The notes under the pieces are model-generated. The model worked only from the letters and a program-made list of their open reading frames with translations. It searched no databases and was not told the origin of the DNA. Of a DNA stretch of 64,000 nt, positions 41,871-56,095 are shown piece by piece. The number at the start of each line of letters is the position of its first letter. Within the stretch, counting starts at the first letter, position 1. The position numbers were made by a program, and so were the translations under genes. Origin of the DNA: Eledone cirrhosa (lineage: Eukaryota); assembly GCA_964016885.1 (NCBI GenBank), contig OZ024747.1, forward strand, positions 36,580,001 through 36,644,000. The letters run 5' to 3'.

Positions 41871-44800
41871 TGGTTACCATTGACATCAGTAATACTGTCG
41901 AAAGTAGTCGGCTTGCGAAATTTCTATCTAGCCCTTATGCGCTACACAATTCTCCCAATTCTTGGATCGTCAGCTTCCTGTCAGTTGCTATCATCGTGAC
42001 CGTTGTTTATGGAGCTTTTTGCTGACAGAAAGTATCAACTTCAACGTGCCCCAAGTTAACTTCTGACCTCCACGTAGTGTGTGCAACTCTCTCCCCTTCC
42101 CCGTTTCTTTCTTCCATTGCTTAATCCCCCTTGCTCTTTTCTCCATTTTCGCCTCATTTATGGCATGTATAATTATTTCCCTTATTTTTCTATACAACTA
42201 GATATGTCCTTCTTTAATCCTTTCCCTTTTTTCCATTACTTTATTTTGTTTTTATGCTTTTATAATAGCCCAATCTTTGTTAAATACAAATAAAAATAAA
42301 AATAAATAAAGCCTCTCAGATAATGTTACTCTCATTCCAATTAATTTCATCTAATATATTAATAACTCATCAACACATACAGAAACATTCGCATGCATAC
42401 ATATTATAACCCACTTCATTCTTCCCTACCCTTTCCCAGCCGAACTTCCTCTTTTTGCAACTAGAACATCACGACAAATTTTCACTGAATCCATATCCAT
42501 AAACAGAAACACCGAAAGTATCTTCCGATGTCATCATGCTAATTTTGTCTTCTTCAAAAACAAAAAAAAAACAAAAAAAAACAAGCACTTTTGATGTCAA
42601 TAACACTAATCTGACACCTGCAAAACACGTTACTTATGTTTTTACTTTCACCTCAACGGTTAGACTACACTATCTACAATGATCCCCATCGATGCAGATT
42701 TGTAGCTAGAATTGCATCTCTTTGAGTTAAACATTTTGAACCACACTCCGTTCATAAGAACCGCAAAGCTCAGGCAAGATCCGCAACAGAGCATAGTGCT
42801 GCTCTCATACATAAATATCCTAGACCTCATCCTGCCAAAATATCTACTCGCCTGACTGGCATAATTTCAATGGTAGACATAAACCAATCCTCTCCCGAAT
42901 CAGTTCTGGCCTGTCTTTCTGCTTTTTCTAACGTTACTGCAATGTCTCCTCTCGTTAATCTTCTTCTCATCTACCATATACATATATTAACCAATTCCCG
43001 GACACTATATTAATAATTAAGCGCAGCCCTTCCTCCCCGCAACTTCATTTCACTGTAATTTTCACGCTGCGTATATCATTCGTGCAGCAATTGAACAGCA
43101 ACAATTTAAACTGAACATGCACTCATCACTTTTATCGGTCTGTAAGGACCTGCAAAATGCATAGGTACACACCTTCCTTAGGATCTAACAACTAAAAACA
43201 CAAATTGCTATGAATTAACAAATTGTAAATTCCCGTCATGACATTCACACGAAGCCGATAAACTTCACTTAATCCGTTCTCAACCGAGATATGTTCCTCA
43301 ATGGCGCATCATTTCTATTAATAAAAAATAGGTTTTCACCTATGCTAACAAACAATAGGACATTACCTAACTGTGTTGAGTAAGTCTCTTTACCTGAACA
43401 GTTCATTCAGTGAAATATCTCAGATGAGATTTCTTACTCGATTGTACATTCATACTTTTATAGTAAGGAACATGAATCCCAGCAATTCAATGAATGTATT
43501 CGGAAATGCCACAAAACCTTTAAATGGCAGATGCCAGCTCATTCCAAATGTTACCGATTACAATTTTCACCGTACAATAGACGTTAATCATGTTTGTTAT
43601 GCGCACACCATATGCCTACATCTGGTAGTTAACAAACTATGTGGAGCCAATATGTGAGACCTTTATGCGGTTGCACGATCTGCTCCACCTAGAAACCAAA
43701 TCCATTTTAAATCCCATTGCTGGTTTCCCATCCACATTGCTGAGGGTCAGGGGCACAAACAATTGTACCAATGCACTATATCCATGATTTTCCTCTGGAA
43801 AAAGCAAAATCGGTGACCCCGGAAATCTCTTCCGACAAAACGGAATGACGGAGTAGACAATGTTGTCTTAGATGCATGATTGCGATTAGCATTTAATCAT
43901 ATGTCTCTTTGATCAAGGTTAAATTCTGTTTAAAAGGCATGGCGAGCACAGCATTAACAGTATTCTATTATCTTCACTAGCTGTTACGATACTCCGATAC
44001 CCAAAGATAATCAAAGGTTACTCAATGTAAAGAGATTTATTCAATTTGTAAAACATTGTAGTTGTGTTTCTTTAGACGAGGTCTGGTTAATCAGTGTAAA
44101 AACTATTCCACTTTATTTCAAAGAAAAGTTACGTATAAAATTAAATGTTCCCAAACCAGTATAGGGATGTGGTATGGTACAGTAAACAACTTTATGAAAC
44201 CAAAAAAATTAATTATGAAAATAGTAAAACAGAATCATTTGAACAAATCGATTTAACAACACCTGAAAGGCGAAGAAATTGAATGCATAAGTAATCAAGC
44301 TCGTATTTCAGGAAATGACGAAAATCCGTCTTTATGATATAACTTGTGTTTCCCAAGAATAAGTTAACACTATTTGAATATATATTTCGGAACAGACGTC
44401 ATTTTTGTTTTGCTTAGGAAGTGGAAATTAAAGCTCGTTTTGAAATGTATGAATAAAGTAATATAAAATACAAAATCACTATAAAATTATCATTCGAATA
44501 GAGCTATTGATATCATACATTTTAAGAGTTCTTTCAATTACATTGAAACTAAAATCCGGGTTTATATTGAATTAAACAAGGAAATACATATATCTGAATG
44601 CTCCCTTCAACACACACCAGCATAAATGTGAAAGCACGCGCAAAACTTTGATGGGAAATCATTAAAATTTCAATGGTGTATAACCATACTTAATGAAAAA
44701 AGAAAATAATGGAATAAAAAGAAAAATCAGAATTATATAAATAGAGGTTTTATCATGCAATGAAATAAATTTAACATTAAATCGCATATGATATTTAATT

Positions 44801-45151
44801 AAAAGCCAAACTAAAAAGTAGACTCGAGTCACCAAGTGGAATGAAGATAATTTATTCCTATTAAAATGGATTGCCTATGGGTATAGTGTGAAAAGGAAAA
44901 TGACAAAACAAATGCGTACATTATTCATTAAGCTCAGTGTTATAAAAATGAAATGAAGAAGGAACATTTTCAAATTTTTCAATTTAAACAAAATGATTAT
45001 AATTGACACAAAACACATAGAAAAGCTAAACGTATAAATGCTAGATAAGCTCCCTGTTCAATTCCTGATTAAAGTTAATTTAATTCAAGTTTAGTTATTA
45101 CCAATTAGAAATTATAATTTAATGTCAGAATTAGTAGTATACATTCTGCAA

Positions 45152-45343
45152 TTAATATACACTTATCAAAGAACATCGTATACATTTTATGGTAGCAAAT
45201 TTATATTTAGTGGGAAATAGTTTTTCATCAATAGTGACAGGCACCTCTAAGCTGAAATGCGTTTCGGTTATTACAATTACGATTTTCTGTATATCTGTAT
45301 CGAACATGTCATTCCGGTTTTCAGATAATGTGTTAGCCTTCAA
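45152..45343 (-). pseudogene. Possible piggyBac transposase remnant
   Basis: VTIDEKLFP resembles the piggyBac TVDEQLFP catalytic motif; nothing else supports it. Confidence 0.35.
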
Positions 45344-47724
45344 TTACATATGTGTATTATTTCTCACCAATGGTCGGTAAGCTTGAGATGGGTAGTGGTG
45401 TGAACTCCTGCTGTCCTACAAAATGGCTTGAATAGGTTGGGTTTTTCAACTTTATGCGTCCATTCAGGGTAATGGCTCTACCAAATTTAGTTGGGTGTGA
45501 AAACGAGCGCTCGGTGTTATAACCGATGCAATGCTTCGTTTGCACTATCCTAAACTGCATATACTTGAGGCTACGTACTGCTTGTGAAACCAATGGCCGA
45601 AGAACCTCCATTGAAATTAACTTAAACCTTCAATGGAGTCGGCTCAACCCACACCGAGTAAAAGCTGCAACAAGTACAAGTATGTCAACTAAACACGTAG
45701 CTTAGATGGTAAAATGGCGTGTCTGATGTAAACATCATTTCATGTCTAATTGTTTAAATCTCGTTGATTAATCTATCGTTATCTATCCATAAAAATTCCC
45801 TGGGTAAATTCTATTCTAATAACATTCACATATTGTTAACTATCCCTTTCGTTATCGTATGGCTTTCTTTTATTTTATTACATATATCTCTACATTGTAG
45901 AATAACATTTCCTTCTGCTACTTATGATGACTGGAGTTTTAGATTAATGTCTGACGCCATTCTCTCTAATGATATACGTACGTTCCTTCTAATTGTCCTT
46001 ATACGTGAAAGTGGGTTAATTGTTGAGAGAACTGTTCCAGTCTGCCCTTACATATCGATAGTACATTAATTTGTCTTCATATTTCTCACATGAGATTTTA
46101 CTTAAGTTTCTCGTAGCTGTTAATGAAGAGGTTTCGTTTATCCGGCTATTAAAGTGTTGGTATATAAATGTATTTTTTAGTCCTACAGTGTTCCTTCATT
46201 ATGATGCTACAGACATCTTTGATACACCTATATACATTATATGACCTTAATATATTTAAATAATAATATAAATATATACTCCCTTCACCAGATATTATGA
46301 AATAAATATATACATAAATTTACATTTAAATAATGAATAAAATTTCACAAAGAGATATTTTAACAAAAGCATTAATATTACTTGTTGTAAAATTATGGAT
46401 GGTAATTCTTATACAATTTATTATTATGGGAAAGGAGCCATATATTGATTTGAATGTACTGAAATGTCGAACCAATACACTCAATAGAGAAATAATTACC
46501 AGACAAATTACCTTCGTCCCATAATGCATTTATATTCGTAAAATTACAATAACACAGATTTGTTCATTGTCAATTTCAAATTAACCCATTTGGGCTCTAT
46601 GGAAAGTCCAAATATATAAGATGATGCAGTCAATAACGTGTAAATGTTTTAAGAATTCTATCATCATCGACATCTCCAGTATACTCAATGACAGTTAAAA
46701 CGTCTACCACCATTAATATCACATTCATCTTTAGCGGAATGTCCTTCATGTCGATACGTTGTTACCGTGCCCCACCTAATCATGATCATCATCATCATCA
46801 GCAGTATTCTAACGGAATGAGATGACACCGTTTTAGTAGAAGCATCAAATAAAACTCCCCATCTACACTAGAAATGTAACGCCTCATCATATAGTGTATA
46901 TCACTGCAGAGCAAAGACGATTGCTAGTATTAGCATTTGGATCTCTATGAATTCATATAATATCGTCATGACAATAGTAAAACGCCTTGGATAATGTTCA
47001 AGATAAAATATATCCTCGAAACGGGAGAGATTATCATGCTATACCGTCATTAAAGATGGCTCGTTTACAGCTGATTAGTAACTAGAACACCAAAGCCATC
47101 ATACATTAAATATCTAAATTTCCAGTGGATAAGTACACAAAATTAGTGGTGGTAGGAGGGGGGGGGGGGTATTCAAACATCAGGCATTTAGCTTCTTTTT
47201 GACCTCGTGTATGGGTATGTTTTCTGTTATATTCCCGTCCTGACAAGACTTTGTAAAAGCTCAATTTATTCCCCTTCGCGGCATACGTCCGAGTGATTCA
47301 TAGCGGAGAAGACGAGGCATGACCTGAGATGCGTTGCTGTTGAAGAATGATTTTAATTGTGTGGGCCGGTGAGATGTCGGTTGTTTTGTGGGAGACATTG
47401 TTGCTGCCATTGCAACTCCTGGTATTATTGTTATTTCCTCTGCTATGGCTGGTGCAGACTGTTGGGATATGTCAGAGGTGGTTTTGGCACATCCTTCTGT
47501 AGGTAGAGCGTGTTCCAACGCTTCTTTGTCATCACACATTTTCCAACTTTCACCTCTACCAGCACGAATAATTGGGTAAAGCCAGGGAGGTTTATGAGAA
47601 TGGTGACAGCGCCCAAGCTCTGTTAGACATATTGGATCAAAAGTTTCAAATCCATACCTGTCCTGTCTACTTTCCCGGACGTTGTGACTTGGATCAGCAA
47701 AAGATACCCCTATAAGAAAACCCA

Positions 47725-50495
47725 CTGTAATAATAAGAAATTTGTTATACGTAAAGTGAACCCCCAGATAAACTGTAAAACTAGTAATGTAGTATATAGC
47801 ATAAGATGTACAGAGGGTATTTGCAGAAACATGACAGCTCTAATCATAGAGAAAGAATAGACCAACACTGGGGGGAACTAAAAGAAAAAAAAACGGTTCG
47901 GTACTATAGGAAAACGCCAGACAAAAACATGACGGTAATATAGACAACGTAGAAATTAAAATAATATCTAAACATAGAAATGACTTACCAGGTTAGCAAA
48001 TCAGAGAAGCAACTGAGATAGAGCTAAGAAAACCAAAGTTAAACAGAACATGAATGGAATAACAACTACAATAACCATACACAAACACACAATACTGACC
48101 TAAGATAAATATAAATAAATATACACAGGTACAATAACACCAATCACACATAAACAAACACTAGTGAAGAAAGATAGAATACAAATATAGACACACTCAA
48201 ACACGAAAGCACCACAAGCGGAAAACACACACACAAACGCTAGCGCAAACAGAGACAGGAATAAATAAATAAATAAATAAATATATAGAATAGACATTAC
48301 TATACAACAGGAGGAATCATAATAGTACCACTCACGACGTCACAGGTGTGTGATGAAAGAACTTTGATAGACTATATATATATATATACAACAACAACAA
48401 CAACAACAACCACAATAATAATGGAAATAGCAGGAACAGCAACGTTAACGATAGACAGGACAACAATAACAACAACAACAACAACAACAAAAAGAAGAAA
48501 CATAATAAAGGTAACAACCACAATAGTATAAATAACAGTAACAACAATAACAATAGAGAGAACAACAATACATTTAACAACCATAACAATAATAATAATG
48601 TTAATGGTAGGAACGACAACAACCATAATGACAATAACAGTAGCACACACCACTATGACGATAGATTTAATGACAACCCCTTAGAGAAATTATTCTTCAA
48701 ACCAGCTGACAAAATATATAAGATGAACAAAATGTATCCCACTAAATTACCTTTAAATAAGAGTTTGTATACCACAACAAATAGATGACGAAACAGAGGC
48801 ACAGTTCACCATAGCTAGAAATAAACTTAGACAAGTAGCAGATATACTAAGAGACAAAGCTAACCAGAAATCCAACAACTTGGAAGGAAACCTGTAGAAG
48901 GCCTACTTAGCCTCAAGTAGCGCACAAGGGATGGTGAGATAGTATGTCTACCCACAGATATATATGGTAGGATGTCAATAGACAGCATGCCGAACTATAT
49001 CAAGGTTATGCAATCCCACATCATGAACACGAGCGAAACAATACAACAAAAAGATCCTCAACGCTCACATGATGCGGACAGACATCCTAAAGCCAAGTAG
49101 ACGCTCAGCCAACAACTTCCAAGCATCTAACAATTACATACCACTCTTGTATGGGCTCCGAAAAGACCATAAGACAGCCGACAACCCGACGACAGGACCA
49201 CCAACAAGACCTGTATGCGGAGCCAATATTGCTAGCAACTACTTCCTCTCGATGGTTATACGCCCCATAATGAAGATCTCCCTAGATATATGACAGTACA
49301 GAGGACCTCCTCAGCAGAATCAATGAGTGCAACAAAAACAAAAACTTATCAAACTGCATAATAGGCAGTATGGATGTAGTATCACTGTACCCATCCATTA
49401 ACTTTGCTTTTCTTGTGGAGAAATGTGTGGAAATAATCAATAAGAGTGAGGTGAAGTTCTGAGACGTCGAGACTGATGAACTGGGCCTCCTACTTAGACT
49501 TACTTATGACACCGACTACTTAGATAACCATCACCTTAGCCGTTTCTGCCCCAGTATACACATAAGAGGTAGACCCCCCTCCCATAACCTCAATGCCTAA
49601 AAAGACTCCCATGAGGAGGTGGAATGGGTGGACCAAAACCATACGGACATCCCAAAACAATGATCAGGTGAAATGTAGTCTATAGCATAAGATGTACAGA
49701 GGGTACTTGCAGAAACATGACAACGACATACATAGGTGAGACAGCACGAAGCATAGGAGAAAGAATAGACCAACACTGGGGGAACTAAAGGGACAAACAT
49801 CGGTTCAGTACTATACGAACACGCCAGACAAAGACATGATGGTAATATAGACAACATATAAATTAAAATAATATCTAAACGTAGAAATGGCCCAACAGGT
49901 AGGCAAATCAGTGAAGCAAGTGAAATAGAGCTTAGGAACCCAAAGTTAAACAGAAAAAACGAATGGAATAACAACAACTATACCCAAACAAATAATACTC
50001 ACTTAAGGAAAATATTAATAAATAAATAAATAAATATATACACAACTACAAAACAATAAACACATATAAACACACACTAATAAACAAAGATAGAATACAA
50101 AAACCAAAACACTTACACTCAAACGCGAACACACACACCAAACATTATACACACACTCAAACGCATGCGCATAGACGGAGACAAACATAATATATAAATA
50201 AAATAAAAATGCCGTAAACATTACAATACAATGAGAGGGAACATGATAATAGTACAACTGATGAGGTCACAGATGTGCAACGAAAGAACTTTGTTAGTCT
50301 ATATATATATATATTTATATCTGCATTTTTAACCGTTGGTCAATCAATGTAAACGTTGATTGCCAAATAAATTAACTAGGGAGATATAAAAGATACAGAA
50401 GCGAAAACCAACCAAACAGTGAGTGTATTCTGTTATTATTTCTGGCAATATTATTACAACAATAAGACCCAAGTACAACAATAAGACCCGAGTAT

Positions 50496-50500
<5 letters not shown>
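47725..50500 (+). mobile_element. Decayed PLE partial tandem: EN + HHR (48326-48369), RT fragment, EN + HHR (50253-50296), pLTR end
   Basis: LYGLRKDHK..GPPTRPVCGA, STEDLL, IGSMDVVSLYPS. Two GIY-YIG ends homologous to 39.4 kb. HHR cores CTCACGA/CTGATGA..GAAAgaacTT. Confidence 0.8.
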
Positions 50501-50531
<31 letters not shown>

Positions 50532-50553
50532 ATACTTGGGGAGGGTCATATTG

Positions 50554-50724
50554 TTTCCTATTACCCACTCTACTACTCTAAGTATTCAATACTTAGAGTA
50601 GTAGAGTGGGTAATAGGAAAAAGTATGACCCCGACGGCTGAGCTCAAGCCGTTTCGACGGCTATTTCTGGTCCAGAAATAGCCGTCGAGACGGCTTGAGC
50701 TCTGCTGCCGGGGTCATACTTTTT
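50554..50724. repeat. Double fold-back of a hammerhead pLTR
   Basis: Palindrome 50554-50620 (33-bp arms) and hairpin 50618-50724 centred on the stem II apex at 50671. Confidence 0.85.
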
Positions 50725-50759
50725 CATATATATATATATATATATTTATTTTGTTTTAG

Positions 50760-51956
50760 TCTCATACATTCTCAGCCCCACACTCATCGACACAGTCTCA
50801 ACCTACCGCATCAAATCCTCTGCCTCCTTCACTGTATTTGTCACCAAAACTATGTCGTCGGCAAATTCAGCATTTGATGCCTTTTCGCCTTTACTCTCCT
50901 GCTCTGAGTCCTGGTGTTTCTCCAGTGCAAGGCGCATACAATAGTCCACTACGATGATAAAAAGGTAGGGAGCCAATGTATCTCCCTGGAGCACTCCAGC
51001 GAGTATCTCAAAGAACGCTGTCATCCCATCAAGTGTAATGACTTCGGCATTGGTGTTGGTGTAGAGCAGTGATATCAGGTCCACTATCTTCTTGGGTATT
51101 CCATAAGCCTGTAAGATCTTCATCAGGCAGCGACGGTCCACAGAATCAAAGGCCTTCCCAAAGTCAGCGAAAACCATGATCGCAGGAAGGCACTTTCTCT
51201 AGCTCCCTCTAATATCCTCCTCAGCATCAGGATGTAACTGTTTGAGGAACTGGATATTGAGACAGAGCCCTTCACCAAAGAGGAGCTTCAGAGAGCCAAG
51301 AAGAGTATCAAGGAGGGCAAGGCTCAGGATGTTGAGAAGCCAGAGGGGATCACTAATGTAGGCGGCAAGCCGCTAGAATTGGTTGAGGGCTTCCTGTATT
51401 TGGGAGCAAAGATTGGGAATACGGAATATGATGTGGTTGAGAGATAGAGCAAAGCCTGGGCGGCGTGCCACAGTTTGAGATCGGTGTGGAAGTCGGACGT
51501 TCGTAAAGACCTGAAAATCCGCCCCTTCATTGCTGTCGTGGAGTCTGTGCTGCTGTACGGGTTTGAAACTTGGACACTGACCAAGAACCTCACTCAGATG
51601 GGGGATGGGTGCTACACGGGAATGCTGAGGATGGCTCTGAACATTAATCAGTATACACTGAGGATGAAAAACTCAGAGTTGTGTGGGAGCCTCCCAAAGT
51701 CAGCTCAAAAGTGTCACAGAGGAGACTGAGGTTAGCTGGACATGCTCACCGACATCCAGAGTTGACATTGCGCTCAGTGCTCCTGTGGGAGCCCCTACAT
51801 GGACACACTGGAAGTGGAAGACCAAGGTTAACGTACGTTGATGCCCTATGGAGAGACACTAGTCTGTTGGAGACGCAGGACATGGCAGCAATAATGAGGG
51901 ACAGAGACCGCTGGAGAGAACTCGTCCATGGATCTCGGGAATTTTACCCGCCCTAG
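50760..51956. mobile_element. RTE-like LINE remnant with inversion (50760-51235 minus; 51236-51956 plus)
   Basis: DFGKAFDSV..GVLQGDTLAPYLF..FADD on minus; VESVLLYGFETW, RRLRLAGH, GRPRLTYVD on plus. Confidence 0.8.
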
Positions 51957-52082
51957 ATATATTTATTTATTAAAATATATGGGTCTTAAAGACGTACCTA
52001 AGTTGTTTATGTAGTCTTTCTAGTTGGCTGTTAGTACGTCAGTTAGCCAAGAGCATAGCGTCTAAAATATAGATTTAAATAA

Positions 52083-52148
<66 letters not shown>

Positions 52149-52259
52149 TTATTTATTTATTTACATCTATATAAAGACTACATAAATCACTTAGGTACAT
52201 ATTTAAGCTCCATGGTCTGACGGTATATATATATTTTAATAAATAAATATATAGAAATA

Positions 52260-53946
52260 GAACGCTACAATAAGACAATTAATTTGTTAGAAGTGACATT
52301 AGAATTAGACACAGGTTTGTACCGCACATACCATAAATATAATGAGAACTTGAAGTATGTTAATAGACACTCCAATCATCCTAAGAACATTATTAACTGT
52401 ATAGTTAAGAGTGTTTCCAACAGTGTCCACTCTGTCAGTAAATAGGTCTATCACGCAGAATACTATAACTCTGCACTAGAAAAGGCTGGATATAAGGATA
52501 AGATCACATACAACAACCAGACCAGCAGCACAACGTTGCAGAATATATATAGGCCTTTAGAAACATACATTGACAATGACGACACCCTAGAGTAACTACT
52601 ACGCAAGGACCACCCCTAGTCGACAGTGATACATACCATTGCCAAATTGCTAAAGCCATACACCCCCCCCCCACCCACCCAGCTAACGACTCGAAGCATA
52701 GCACACAAATACGTTGTAATAGGGGCCAACGAATAAATTGTATAAACCAAACAAGAGCACCCAAGATAAATACGCCTCACTACAACACACCCACACCCAC
52801 AGCAAACCACAGCAACCACACTAAACGTTTTAAGGCCCGGAGCAACGTATTCAATACATGTTGCTTCCAATGTACCAGGAACATTCTTCAGCGCCCTTGA
52901 CCAATTCTTTCCATAAGTTCTTTAACAGGCACACAGTAAAATTTTCATTCTTCACGACACCCAATCTAGCCGACACCATATCATAAACTAATAGGACCAA
53001 AATACGCAAACACAAGCAAGCACCGCAAACAACCATTCCACAACACAAAATAACACCGCACAGAAAAAACATAACAACACTCAACAACATGCTGACTCCA
53101 ACCAAAATCTGACCAACCAGCAACATAATAGTAATGCAATAGTCCCCATGTGCAACTGCAAAAAACCGGAGAAATGCCCACTAAGCGGGCAGTTCCTCAT
53201 CAGGAACATTGTGTACCAGTGCGATGTCACGGCCGGCCGAAATGAATACACCTATTTAGGCGCAACCTTGACAACCTTTAAGGAGCGATTCTACAACCAC
53301 AGAAACCCCTTTAGCCACGAACCTAAGCATTCTCAAACCAGACTGATTGATTTGAACTGGGACCTGAAGGATATGAACCTGAAATACCAGCTAAAATGGT
53401 GCGTTAGAAGACACGTGGCCCTACTTCCCACCGGGGGAATCCACTGCTGGTTGTGCCTGGCCGAATTAAATTAAAATCGGCCATATATTTGAGATGGGAA
53501 ATCCTAATAAACTGCAGACACACCAGGAAGAATACATTCTCCTCCTTGATATTCGGGCAGGAGCCACGGATAAACCATAATAAAATAAACACAACATCGG
53601 AATAACTAGCACTATTTTTTCATATCTCATTTCATTACCATTATTATCATTGTTAATTTTTATCTTTACTCCTGTAAATGATAGGTTGCATCCTTTATCA
53701 TATCCCCCACCACTAAACTTATCTCCATGCATCCACCACCCTCAACCACATCGACACATACCACATACACTTCACCACAATGGATTTCCTCACCTCATTT
53801 TGTATTATTTAACATCACTTGTATTCCCTAGCACACGTTCACCCTTCTCATATTTTTCTGTCACCATTTAACCCCACACGATATCATCTTCATGCAATAC
53901 CAACGCACGTACATCTACACCTGTTTCGTGTCTGCACACATGTATG

Positions 53947-53979
<33 letters not shown>

Positions 53980-54600
53980 GTGTGGATACGTGTGTATGTA
54001 TTTGTGTGCATATGAATTTGCCTCATACCTATAATTCCTCATTTATACATATTTTCATACACTAACCTCATACCATCTCATCACCTCATTAATTCTTCAT
54101 AGCGCAACTCTCCTTTAACGATGTCTAAACAGTATAACCCTTATGTCCACCCACTATACCGTGACAAACTGATGACTAGCAGAAACACCCGACCCTTAGT
54201 ACAACCCCTCATTCTTTCATGTCCTATCACGCACAGCCCTACTACATCCACACCATACAGCACCTGCGCCTCACCACGTACACACCGACATATCGCAAGC
54301 CAAAACATCATACCCCCAACTCATATCAACCATCGCTTTCCACCACTGCCTCCTCACTAGGGTCACCCCCCCGCTATCACACCAAAACATTCCTCATAGT
54401 TAAAACACTAATCAAAACAACATATATTGACCACCATTACGAAACGTTAGACATTTATATGGTCTATATGTTCATTCTGTCATTACAACAGCAGAGGTCC
54501 GACGATCTTTTGATTCCAGAGTCGGGCCAGATCGATACAGATCGAACCTTGAGCTGATCATTAGCGAAACGCGCGTCCCCAATCAATATGCGTAATGAAG
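52260..54600 (+). mobile_element. Naiad-like PLE 3' half + UTR + hammerhead (54496-54580)
   Basis: YVNRHSNHP, YYNSALEKAGY, CNCKKPEKCPL..IVYQC..YLGAT..FKERFYNH..CWLCLAE. The HHR is homologous to the 21.4-kb arms. Confidence 0.85.
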
Positions 54601-54630
54601 GCTTAACAAATCATACTTGGATTTATGAAA

Positions 54631-54701
54631 TTCATTCTGATAAACGATTTCAGACGTCTGTGTCGAGCTCGTCTGTCTTCGTGAAATCTTTGATAAATGG
54701 A
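54631..54701 (+). ncRNA. Hammerhead (G8A), 7905/14113 family
   Basis: ttcatt-CTGATAA-acga..cagacg..cgtctg..tcgt-GAAA-tc-ttt-ga-TA-aatgga; same 3' flank as the other family members. Confidence 0.75.
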
Positions 54702-55589
54702 TAATTGTCTTATGCTGTTTATTACATAACTATATATATATACACACATACATATATATACATATTATATATATATACATATATATACATATATGTGTGT
54801 GTTTGTGAGTATTTCTGAGGGTTTGTGTGTATATGATTGTATGTATGTATGCATGTATGTATGTATGCATGTATGTATGATGCATGCATATACACCTATA
54901 AATAGTTGGAAATAAAATATAAAGGACAATAATGTGAATTGATTTGTGATTATATAGTGAAGAACCGCTAGAAAAATAAGATATCAATTTATTGGAGAGT
55001 AAAGTGTCGTAACATATGAGAAAACCTACTTGGAGACATGGTAGGGTATGGTAATATATCGCTGGGCAACAGAAATTAATGTAAAGATACTAATAATATG
55101 CACGTCAGTGTATTCAGGCACAAATGCAATCCACTTGGAATGAAAACAACATCGTAAGGAGATGCTTGTGATAAGGTGCGAGTAGCGATATAGATGTACA
55201 ATTGTTTGTTGAAGCTGAAAGAAGTGCTAAGAATTAGAATAACATAATTTGCGTACTTGGGAGAAGTTGTGTATAAGATATCACCAGAGAAGTAGATTTT
55301 ATCAATATGAGTGTTATCATTAACGCTACAACTTAATGGCACATCATTTTCATATGGTTAGAATTGGTCGAGGTGAACACAAAATAATCTGTAATATAAT
55401 TTTAATATGGTTACATATGAGACATCAGTGATGAAATGACATTTAATCCATCTGTGTGAGATGATGGGAAATTTGAAGGCAAATGTTTTGGCGACGAGAT
55501 TGAGATTTTTCTTCATATGTATGTATGCCTATGAATGTGTGTATGTATGTGCGTATGTATGTATATATGTATATATGTATGTTCTTCTG

Positions 55590-56095
55590 GTTTTATAATT
55601 TCACAAAGTTTTACCAATAGAGAGTCGGTTTCTAACATAGACACAAGTCTCTCTCATTGGAATGTACACAACATCAACTAGGTAGATATGTATGTATGTC
55701 TGCATACATGCATGTGTAGATATGGATGTTATTGTATGTGTGGATGTGGATGTTTTGAGTTGTATGTGTGCATGTGTAGATGCTTTGTATATGTACATGT
55801 GTATATGCAGTTATTATATGCAAAATGTTTTGTAATGTTTTACATATTTTTACTGTTCCATTAATGGATTGTACTTGTAATTTCCTGACTAGTTGTGTTC
55901 TTTCTGTTCCTGTGAAGCCTAGCTTCTCAAGATTTGTTTTGAGGCAGTTACTAACATATCAGTTACCCCAATAATCACAGGCATAAATCTGAAGGTGTAT
56001 TCTGCAGATTTCTCATCATTTCTGCATAAATATTCTCCTTTTCACTAATCTTTAATAATATATTGGCATCTGCTGGGCAGCTAATTTCCACTACT
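55590..56095 (-). mobile_element. 3' fragment of a restriction-like-endonuclease LINE (R4/Dong-like) within (TATG)n
   Basis: VVEISCPADANILLKISEKENIYAEM..FMPVI..CLKTNLEKLGF..LQVQSINGTVKICK. Confidence 0.6.

Noticed and set aside
55076-55460. Cadherin-like words (VNDN, TRE..INAT)
   Set aside because: They fall on opposite strands and are too weak to distinguish from chance.
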